Source of the DNA: Octopus bimaculoides
Lineage: Eukaryota
Assembly (NCBI RefSeq): GCF_001194135.2
Contig: NC_068984.1
Coordinates: 139,080,248-139,131,295 of the forward strand
DNA length: 51,048 nucleotides
Direction of reading: 5' to 3'
Under the pieces are notes generated by a model. The model made no database searches. It saw only the letters and a program-made list of their open reading frames with translations, and was not told the DNA's origin. Below, in pieces: positions 25,505-35,374 of the stretch (its first letter is position 1; each line of letters opens with the position of its first letter). The position numbers and the translations under genes are program-made.

Positions 25505-25560
25505 TGAGTGAACTGGAGCAACATGAAATAGAGTGTCTTGCTCAAGGACACAGCGAGCCG
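25505..25560 (-). mobile_element. SINE D CORE-like fragment
   Basis: gagtgaactggagcaacatgaaatagagtgtcttgctcaaggacac, also seen at ~50026-50072. Confidence 0.75.
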
Positions 25561-25569
25561 CCGAGAATC

Positions 25570-25748
25570 GATGTTGGTGCGTTTACGTCCTCGTATGTTA
25601 GCGGTTCGGCTAAAGAGTCCGACAGAATAAGTACTAGTCTTACAAATAATAAGTCCTGGATCTATTCTTTGGATTAAAGGCGGTGCTGAAACATGGCCGC
25701 AGTCAAATGACTGAAACGAGTAAAGGAATAAAAGAATAAAAGAATAAA
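25570..25748 (+). mobile_element. SINE A 3' module with (TAAAAGAA)n tail
   Basis: Match to the family A 3' module. Confidence 0.85.
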
Positions 25749-25830
25749 TTCATATAACATTGGAAGGAAACGAGCGAATCCTTCTGACAACACGATGTTG
25801 TGTGATCTACCGATATATTTTGCAATAAAA

Positions 25831-26043
25831 GGCGACGAGCTGGCAGAGACGTTAGCAAGCCGGGCGAAATGCTTACTGGTATTTCGTCTTGTCTTTACGT
25901 TCTGAGTTCAAATTCGGCCGAGGTCGACTTTGCCTTTCATCATTTCGGGGTCGATAAATTAAATACCTGTTGCATACTGGAGTCGATCTAATCGACTACC
26001 CCTCGCCCACGAAATTTCGAACCTTATGCCTAGACTTAAACAG
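25831..26043 (+). mobile_element. SINE B with 17-bp TSD
   Basis: gatata(t/c)tttgcaataa at 25812-25828 and 26044-26060. Confidence 0.9.
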
Positions 26044-26286
26044 GATATACTTTGCAATAAGTTAATACGAAGATGAATGATTTTCGCCGGCTTATTTAAT
26101 GTTTGTAAATTTTGGAAAAATGATAATAATGTCCGAATAAAAGCACTGAACAGTGTCTTCCCCTTTGTCTTTTTCTGTTTCTCTACCTCTCAGTGGTTGT
26201 ATATATATATATATATATCCCTCTCTTCTCTTCCCTCCATTTGTCTTCCGTCCTCCACCCCTTTCTTTCTCTCTTTCATATATATA

Positions 26287-26336
<50 letters not shown>

Positions 26337-27012
26337 CATGCGCGCGCACGCACACACGCATATATTTATTTAGTATTTCATTGCAGCCATTCTATTATGC
26401 TGTACTATTGTTGTGTTTTCGCTGACCGTGATCGTGTGAATAGAGGTCATGTTTTCAGATTGATTGGCAATAACACTTCATAAAGACTTGTTAGAGGGAA
26501 TCTCACAATATAGAGGATGACAGTTTTCTCGTTCCACTACATGGCTCACACTATCAATATCTATCCCTCACATGAAACACCGTATGGTTTTGCTCTTAGC
26601 GTTTTCTATGACAGCAGTGATTATTTTCGTTGCATGTCCCATAGTTTTCTCATTTCTCTGAGTATTTTCTGATAATTTTTAACAATTTCTTTTTTTTTTC
26701 TCCTTTCTTTATATTTGTATCATTGTTGTATAGACAAATCTATGATCCTATTTGCTGCGACATCTGCAAAGATTCCAGAACGATGAGAAAGTACTTGTGT
26801 GTGGTTGTTCATGTGTGTGTGTACTCGCGTGTGTGTGTCTGTTTGTGTGTGTGTATGCTATATATTTCACTCTAGAAATCGTCTCTGACGAAACTACACT
26901 TCTATATGATAGATAAACTAAGAATAGCTGTCTGACAGGTTGAATGTTCTGAGGCATATATTGAATATCAACGTGAACGGCTGAACCGTGCTTTAAATTG
27001 ATTTGCAGCCCT

Positions 27013-27158
27013 CTGATTGGCTGACGGTACAACCATACCGGGAGAGGTTTCTAGAGCCGGCAAGGCCTTCCCAGTGGTACCGCAATCCAGAAGTTTATGG
27101 TAATTATTCTTAGGCCTTCCCTATAAAGTCCTCCAAATAAAATAAAAGAAGACCAGTT
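27013..27158 (+). promoter_or_regulatory. Candidate Pol II promoter: CCAAT box, TATA-like box, Inr-like site
   Basis: CTGATTGGCT (NF-Y consensus, reverse) at 27013-27022, TATAAAG at 27122-27128 and CCAGTT at 27153-27158 (A at +33 from the TATA start), at the head of a non-repetitive GC/CpG-richer island. Confidence 0.4.
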
Positions 27159-27745
27159 GATTGATTTTCATCGGCGCACAGTTTCACCGAGGACGTTATC
27201 GTTCTTACCCACCACTAATTCTTAAAGGGCACAATGGTCGACTGACCCATAACCACACCACATTGTCCGACTGGCAAAAGACTGTGAGTGCCTCAAGCTA
27301 CTTTAGTTTCTAGGTGTTCTGCTTTGGACTACGCTTTATCCAGAACTGTATCTCTGTCAAGTGTATCTGTCTCACGACTAACACACCTGCCCACAGTTAA
27401 GGAAACGCCGGAGATATCGTTGCCTCAGTGCGTATCTGCATATCATTAGCTCCACTATTGGCAGTCCTTCACGAAGCGGGTGAACCGTCTAATCAGTGAA
27501 ACACGTCCTAATCACAGAAGGCGGAAAATCAAGCGCTTGATTTCGGTCAGACATGAAGCGGAGCAATGCACGACAGGGAGGTATTTGCTACCGCCACTCA
27601 ATCTTTCAAGGATAGTTTCGTTTCAGCCCACTACAGGTTGAGACTAGCCACCTTACTCGTTACTGCTTACCGGTTCTTGTTCACCAAACCTCAAAGTAGT
27701 TTAACGGGCCCATTCGTTCAATGACCCATAACGTTGCTGGGTGGC

Positions 27746-27809
27746 ATGGATCTGCGTTTCCTCGAAAAGATATATTCAAGATTCGCTGTTGCTGACGACG
27801 CTATAAAAG
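27746..27809 (+). CDS. Candidate first coding exon of an unidentified gene (MDLRFLEKIYSRFAVADDAIK, phase 1)
   Basis: ATG in ggcATGg context, in-frame TGA 8 codons upstream, frame open to a strong donor AAG|GTATGT at 27809/27810; product not recognised. Confidence 0.4.
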
Positions 27810-29299
27810 GTATGTAAAATAGCAGAAATGCTTTAATGTGGTACACAGTGGATATTTAATAATGACGGCTTGTGTCAAGTTCATGACGGCCGACATAGCA
27901 TTACAAAACATGTTGGATGTATGTATGTGTATATATATATANNNNNNNNNNNNNNNNNNNNNNNNNNNNNNNNNNNNNNNNNNNNNNNNNNNNNNNNNNN
28001 NNNNNNNNNNNNNNNNNNNNNNNNNNNNNNNNNNNNNNNNNNNNNNNNNNNNNNNNNNNNNNNNNNNNNNNNNNNNNNNNNNNNNNNNNNNNNNNNNNNN
28101 NNNNNNNNNNNNNNNNNNNNNNNNNNNNNNNNNNNNNNNNNNNNNNNNNNNNNNNNNNNNNNNNNNNNNNNNNNNNNNNNNNNNNNNNNNNNNNNNNNNN
28201 NNNNNNNNNNNNNNNNNNNNNNNNNNNNNNNNNNNNNNNNNNNNNNNNNNNNNNNNNNNNNNNNNNNNNNNNNNNNNNNNNNNNNNNNNNNNNNNNNNNN
28301 NNNNNNNNNNNNNNNNNNNNNNNNNNNNNNNNNNNNNNNNNNNNNNNNNNNNNNNNATATACATTCTGGCCTTCCTTTGTTTTTGATGGCTGAATGCATA
28401 CACGCATATATGCACTCACATACATATATACATATAAACAGGCGCATTTGTGTTTGTGTGTGTGAGTGTATGTGAGTGTGCAAAAAAAGCAGGGCAAGTC
28501 CAGAACGTAATAGAGCCATTCTTGAAAAATATTACTTAAAAAAACATACTTACAAACTACCAAACAGTGTAATAACCTCCACTTCCCGCAGACTCCAATT
28601 TCCAGGTAGAATTGAAGAAGGGGCTTCTCATCCGTACCGGTTTCAACATTTAAACAGTGCTACACTTGTACACTGCCACCAGAGACCCTCACTCCTTAAC
28701 TGCCCTCGCCTCCGCTTTACATGGCACTGGACTGCAGTGAGAGAAACATATCTTTTACGTTTTGAAACATGCTGAAAATACAAATTGCTTTGATAATATT
28801 CACCAGTGTGAGGAAAACTAACGATTCTCGTTTAGTTTACCAAATGTAGGTGGTGGAATTATCACTGCAAGAGATTCAACCAACAGTCATGAACTCCACA
28901 TACAAGTAAATAAACATGCTGATGATATCAAACAATCAATGATAATTGTTTAAGAAATCGAAGAATGAGCAGAAGCAAAATGAAGTTGTTTCCTGGTGCA
29001 TAGAATCTGGCTAATTAATAAAGTATATTTATAACCATGCTTCTTGTTCAGGAAATATAAACGAAAGAAAAACAAGCAAGGAAGTTTGTAGGAAGATTGT
29101 TGTATTCCAAACAAATAATATGACATCCAGACAACAACAGAAAGTAAAAAGCAAATAAAGAACAAAACAGAAAAACAACACAAAAAACAAACCAAGAACA
29201 AAAAAATGAAAACATAAACGTTGAAAGACATGAAATATTGAATATAAAGGATATATAAAATATATTTTCAGATAGAAATGAACAAAAACAGCAACAACA

Positions 29300-29319
29300 C
29301 ACATACACATACACACACA

Positions 29320-29400
<81 letters not shown>

Positions 29401-29410
29401 CACATATATA
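29300..29410 (+). repeat. (CA)n(CT)n(CA)n compound microsatellite
   Basis: Direct inspection. Confidence 0.95.
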
Positions 29411-29655
29411 ATGAATATACAATACACCAACAAAATCCATCTCTTATTTTCCCACGTTGATAATCTCTCGTGTAATTTTAACGTTCATACTTCTCCATAC
29501 TTCGGTTTTTTAATCATTTTTTAATCAACTTCATTCATACTAATATTTCTTTTAATAATTCTGTGAATTGCAGTATTTGTTGAAGTAACACACAAGAGAA
29601 CAAACACCGGTGTGTGTGTCGTTTGTCGATATTCCGTTCGTCACACTCACATACA

Positions 29656-29657
<2 letters not shown>

Positions 29658-29707
<50 letters not shown>

Positions 29708-29720
29708 CTCTCTCTTTCTT
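29658..29720 (+). repeat. (CT)n microsatellite
   Basis: Direct inspection. Confidence 0.95.
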
Positions 29721-30452
29721 TCTTCTCTTTCTATCACATTCTCTCTCCCGCTCTATCACTCGCTCTCCTCCTTCTCCGCCCTAATCGTTCGTTAGTTTGT
29801 TCGTTTTTGCGTCTCTCAGGCCATCGCCACTGTCCTGCTATAATTATCTTGACAGGTACGATCACTATATATCACTCAACATCAATACTGCTAATATATA
29901 AGTGAAAAGGGAATAATCTGTCATTAACCATCACTCATATCTCTATCTGACTGTCTCTCTCTCTCCCTTTCCCTCTCCCTCTCCCCTTCTCTCTCTCTCA
30001 CTCTGTGTATATATATGTATATGTATATGTATTTGTGTGTGTGTGTGTGTGCATTATATATGCTTAATTTGGTTAAAAAGCGACGATGAGCAGTGGCTAG
30101 TAGGACTTTGAATGAAGCTTAGTAACAAGTTAATCTAGCAAATGGGGGCCTCATTTGAGTGAAGTGGGCCGATGCATATTAATGCTGTCGAGAGGAGGAT
30201 CCTGAAGCCGCGCCCCATTCTTTCCTGATGAATGACCCTATAAGCCTGTTAGTGTCCGGTATGCGGAACTTTCAACCGGTAGCACTTGTATGTACAAGTG
30301 GTTTTGAAGTCATATTCGAATGGACACACACACACACACACAGACATACGCGCGCGCGCGCTGCGCCAGCATACACACAAATACAATGCTTCTTAAAATT
30401 CTAAGTGTCCGAAAAAAACTTGCGATATCAAATATAATCAAATGAAAGTCAC

Positions 30453-30580
30453 AGGCGTGACTGTGTGGTTAGAAGTTTGCTTTCCAACCACGTAGTTCCG
30501 AGTTCACTCCCAATGCATGGTACCTTGGGGCAACTATCTTGTGAGTGGATTTTGTAGACGAAAACTAAAAGATGCCCGTC
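30453..30580 (+). mobile_element. SINE A head, degenerate with internal deletion
   Basis: ggcgtgactgtgtggttagaag...cttgtgagtggattttgtagacgaaaact. Confidence 0.8.
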
Positions 30581-30589
30581 ATGTAAAAC

Positions 30590-30790
30590 GTAACTACAGG
30601 TGGACTGTTGGCGAATTTTTTTTTCTTTTGGACATTCCTATGCGTCCTGTTTCTGAAGAAGACCTTTGTTCGAAACGTTAAACAACCACACTTTCTTGCC
30701 TTCTCTTAGCGTCTCATTAATATTTTGCAGGAACTACGTCCTCACGTTGATTTGCTCTTGTTTTTCTTGTCTTTTTCTCCATTAAAAAAA
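30590..30790 (+). mobile_element. Short Penelope-terminus-like element carrying a hammerhead motif (copy 1)
   Basis: Contains the HHR motif at 30649-30683 followed by the family motif agcgtc..ttaata. Confidence 0.55.
30649..30683 (+). ncRNA. Minimal type-I hammerhead ribozyme motif (CUGAAGA core)
   Basis: GTTT-CTGAAGA-A-GAC(CTTT)GTTC-GAAA-CG-TT-AAAC; stem I 4 bp, stem II imperfect. Confidence 0.6.
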
Positions 30791-30811
30791 AAAATCAATT
30801 ACATATATAAT

Positions 30812-30968
30812 TGAGTGGCTGTGTGGTAAGTAGCTTGCTTACCAACCACATGGTTCCGGGTTCAGTCCCATTGCGTGGTACCTTGGGCAAGTGTGTTCTT
30901 CTATAGCCTCGGGCCGACTAAAGCCTTGTGAGTGGATTTGGTAGACGGAAACTGAAAGAAGCCCATCG

Positions 30969-31065
<97 letters not shown>

Positions 31066-31144
31066 ATGTTTGTGTGTCTGTGTTTGACCCCCAACATCGC
31101 TTGACAACCGATGCTGGTGTGTTTATGTCCCCGTAACTTAGCGG
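30812..31144 (+). mobile_element. SINE A, young-looking, 3'-truncated
   Basis: Near-consensus head, (TA)n(TG)n interior, stops at gtaacttagcgg. Confidence 0.92.
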
Positions 31145-31196
31145 CTACCAGTCGAAAGCTCCGCATACCGGAAGTCAGCAGGTGTGCGGTGTCATC

Positions 31197-31285
31197 TTTT
31201 TTTTTCTTTTTACTTGTTTCAGTCATTTGACTGCGGCCATGCTGGAGCACCGCCTCTAGTCGAGCAAATCGACGCCAGGACTATC
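31197..31285 (-). mobile_element. SINE A tail fragment
   Basis: tttacttgtttcagtcatttgactgcggccatgctggagcaccgcc. Confidence 0.85.
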
Positions 31286-31331
31286 CATGCTTACATGTGA
31301 GTGTATGTACGTGAAGGTGTATTTGTGTGTA

Positions 31332-31574
31332 TTCTTTTATTCGTTTATTTGTTTCCGTCATTTCACTGTGGCCATGCTGGAGCAACGCCTTTAGTCGAAC
31401 AAATCGACTGCAGGACTTATTCTTTGTAAGCTAAGTACTTATCCTATCGGTGTCTTTGGCCGAACCGCTAAGTTACGAGGGCATAAACACACCATCATCG
31501 GTTACCAAGCGATGGTAGTGGGACAAACACAGATACACTAATATATATATATACACACATACATACTTACACAC

Positions 31575-31610
<36 letters not shown>

Positions 31611-31615
31611 ATAGA

Positions 31616-31646
<31 letters not shown>

Positions 31647-31808
31647 GTATACGACGGGATTCTTTCAGCTTCCGTCAACCAAATCCACTCACAAGGCTTT
31701 GGTCAGCCCGAGGCTATAGTAGAAGACGCTTTTCCAAGGTGCCGTGCAGTGGGACTGAACCTGGAACCATGTTTGTGAGAAGCAAGCTTCTTACCACACA
31801 GCCACACC
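31332..31808 (-). mobile_element. SINE A, full length, internal (TA)/(GATA)n/(CATA)n
   Basis: Both modules, reverse complement. Confidence 0.9.
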
Positions 31809-31903
31809 TTAATAATATGTTTTAGAAGGAAACTGCTCAAAGAAGAATGAATTTGATAATCAAAGTACTTAATAATTGAGATGGTACGCTAATAACCCAT
31901 GCC

Positions 31904-32090
31904 GGTTTCAAAATTTGGCACAAGGCCAGCAATTTCGAGGGCGGAGATAAGTCGGTTACATGGACCACACCGCTAAACTGGTACTTATTTTATAGATTCC
32001 GAAAGGATGAAAGTCAAAATCAACCTTGGCGCAATTTGAACTCAGACCGTGAGGACGAACTTGCTAATAATTCTGTCCGCTCGCCGCCTT
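31904..32090 (-). mobile_element. SINE B
   Basis: ggtttcaaaatttggcacaaggccagc...aatttgaactcag...ctcgccgcc. Confidence 0.85.
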
Positions 32091-33126
32091 ACGCTGATAA
32101 CTAATATAGTCAATATCTCTGAAGATTCATTGATATTTATCATAAAATTCGGTATTTAGTTTTTATACAGAATCTGTAGTTAAAATTACTACAGCTCCGT
32201 CAATTGTTTGTTAGTATTTGAGTGGTTTATCAAGGCTTGCGGATTTTAATATGTCCTTGTGATCATAGAGTGTGAAGTTGTGAATATTCAAAAGCTGCCA
32301 GCAGATATTGTAGAGAAGCCTGTAGCTCGGATCGTCATTAAAAATAAGTCATATTAACGATACAAGTTTATAGAAACATTTAAGATAATATCCAATCCGT
32401 GCACTAGACTATTTATGATTTTGGTAATGAAAATGTATTACTATATTCTTAAAGGAGAGCGTGAATACTTATGACTAACTGAAAATATCGTATCGGTCAA
32501 TTTTCGCTTGTGCGGATGGGAACTGAATTGCTTATTGTACTATAGTGATTATACTACTGTCATAATAATAAGATACTATATTGACAGTGTTACTGAAACT
32601 GAAGACTGCTGCTCTGCTGTGGCTGTTGCTTCATAAGTGTGGGCGAAACTTCTAAACAATTGAATAACGCATATACAAAGCCTGGTGTACTCTCGAGGCA
32701 ACAATGGAGTATCTTGAGTTTCACGAGATTTGCTATTTATGGTTAATATATCTTCTTAAAATGACAGCTTTGCTGACTTACAAAGAAGAAATATCAATGG
32801 ATGATGTGATCTGAAATGCAAAAAAAAAAAAAAAAAGACGGACACAGGGGAAGGCCTTTTGAACATCGATCAGGACCTAGCACTTAACGAGAACAAAAGC
32901 AAAAGCAGAAGTAACAGCGACAACAATAATGTCTATGGTAGACATATTGACAATAGCAGAAGTAGACGAAATGGTCGTGGAGCTGGTAAGCGAGATATGG
33001 GGTGTGATAGTAAATGTAGTGGATGCGTCATTAGAAGAAGAGCGTGAGGTCGTATTGAACATAATGACGATAATGATTAAATATTTGCGATAGCATTATG
33101 GGTGGCCATTGTAAGCGACAAGTATG

Positions 33127-33320
33127 GAGAATTATTAGCACGCTAACCAAAATGCTATTTCTTTTAGCTTTGCATTCTGGGCTCAAATTTCACTGAGGTC
33201 ACCTTAGCTTTTCATCCTTTCGGAGTCGATAAAATAAGAACTAGAGGAGGACTGGTGTCCATGCAATTGATTAACCATTCAGTCAAAATTTCAGATCCTG
33301 GGCCTAGAGTAGAAAAGATT
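33127..33320 (+). mobile_element. SINE B, diverged
   Basis: ttagcacgctaaccaaaatgct...ttttcatcctttcggagtcgataaaataag. Confidence 0.8.
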
Positions 33321-33339
33321 GTTGCTGGTGATTGTAAAC

Positions 33340-33540
33340 GGTGGCCTGGCAGAAATATTAGCACGCTGACGAAAATGCTTAGCGACATTTCTTCTGGTTT
33401 TACGTTCGGGGTTCAAGTTTCGCTGAGATCGCTCTTTATCCCTTCAGGGTCGATAAAATAAGCACCAGCGAATCAAAGGAGTCGATTTAATCGACTTCCC
33501 CTAAAACTTGCTGACCTTGCCCCGAAATTAGAAGGAATTA
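33340..33540 (+). mobile_element. SINE B, diverged (tandem with previous)
   Basis: ggcctggcagaaatattagcacgctgacgaaaatgcttagc...gtcgatttaatcgac. Confidence 0.8.
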
Positions 33541-33569
33541 TCTGTGCACAACCACACATACATACGTAC

Positions 33570-33730
33570 ATATATATTGTTTTTCTCCTTGTCTCCGTAT
33601 TCTTTCTGTTGAAGAGCGTAGCTCGAAACGTCAAAGACTTTCCGGATTCCCGAGCGTCATACTAATATATACTTTTGTTATTTACACCACCTGTCCTCGT
33701 CTGTTGTTATTATTTGTATATTCTCCCATA
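33570..33730 (+). mobile_element. Short Penelope-terminus-like element carrying a hammerhead motif (copy 2)
   Basis: Clearly homologous to 47530-47690 over ~130 bp; flanked by (TA)/(CATA) repeats. Confidence 0.65.
33601..33637 (+). ncRNA. Minimal type-I hammerhead-like motif, variant core CUGUUGA
   Basis: TCTTT-CTGTTGA-A-GAGC(GTA)GCTC-GAAA-CG-TC-AAAGA; 5-bp stem I, 4-bp stem II, GUC site. Confidence 0.65.
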
Positions 33731-33970
33731 TATATATATACATATNNNNNNNNNNNNNNNNNNNNNNNNNNNNNNNNNNNNNNNNNNNNNNNNNNNNNNN
33801 NNNNNNNNNNNNNNNNNNNNNNNNNNNNNNNNNNNNNNNNNNNNNNNNNNNNNNNNNNNNNNNNNNNNNNNNNNNNNNTATATATATATATATATGTATA
33901 TATACACACACCACAAACCTAGTGTGGAAAGAAATAGATCTGAAAATCGTTGAAATAGGCGACTAAATGG

Positions 33971-34124
33971 TAAGGCACCGAGCTGGGAGAATCGTTAGCA
34001 CGTCGGACAAAATGCTTAGCGTCCTTTCCTCTGGATCTTTACTTTTTAGGTCTGGGTTAAAATCTCACCAGGATCAAGTTCGCCTTTCATGCTTTCGAGG
34101 TCGATCAAATAAAAGTACCAGTCA
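33971..34124 (+). mobile_element. SINE B, 3'-truncated
   Basis: gagctgggagaatcgttagcacgtcggacaaaatgcttagc...gaggtcgatcaaataaaagtacc. Confidence 0.8.
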
Positions 34125-35067
34125 AATATTTCTGTTTGTAGTAATGATTGTTTGCCAACATAACATAGCAGTCCTGGTTTAGAACTAATGTTGCTGTAAT
34201 TTAGCTCCAGGAGACATCGTCTCCAACTGGTTATACGACACGATCTGTGTCCTTATATTTTCGAAAAAGGGCTAAATTACAACAACATTAATCCTAAACC
34301 AGGACTGCCATGTTATGTTCGCAAACAATATTTACTATAAACTACTGTTGCTGAATATCTCACGTTGTGAGATTTAAAAATAGTAAAATATTTCTGTTGA
34401 TATAATCGACTTTTTTCGCTCCCTTCATAATTGCTGGCCTTGAATCTTATAAAGAAACGGTGTCCCTTTCATAGGGAATATTATGCTCTCGGTCACTCAT
34501 ACACTATGAAGACCGGGCAGGCAGTCTAGGAAGCAAGAAAAAAATTTTCTTAAGAATGAAAATGATCCGAAGCAAAGTTATGATGTTCTGTTGACGCTGT
34601 CTCATGTTATTTGCACTGATAACAATCCCGAGAGAGGCGTAAGATTGACCAGTTTTCATTTCTACAACATTAGTGAAAATAAACGTATAATACTAACTGG
34701 TTGTTAAAATTGCAATGGAAGAGATAATGGTTGTGAATGTGAGTTACATGTCGAAGCTTCATCGTAGTGTTGGTGGTGACAGCGTTGATGTGAATGATGG
34801 AGATGACAGAGTCGACGCTTGGGGTTGTCGCAATAATATTTGTTTTGTTTTTTTTTCTCGATGGTGATGATTGTAAATTCTGATTATAGTTGATCACTCG
34901 ATGGTTATAATTTTGGCTGTGATGGTGGAGGCGGATAATTGTGGGGGATTTATAAATCGTGATGAAGATCTTTATTGATAGTGGCAATAGTCATGATAGA
35001 TTATGATGATCGAAAGGAAAGATTCTGGCTCTGCTGGTCAAGAAAGTAATAGATGATTAGGATGCTG

Positions 35068-35374
<307 letters not shown>

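Noticed and set aside
27555-27640. HDV-like ribozyme on the minus strand (ACC-TCCCTGT-CGT resembles P3/L3)
   Set aside because: P3 is mispaired, and no consistent P1/P1.1/P2 set could be built by eye.
30225-30290. CTGATGA-A as a hammerhead core
   Set aside because: No downstream stem II-GAAA.
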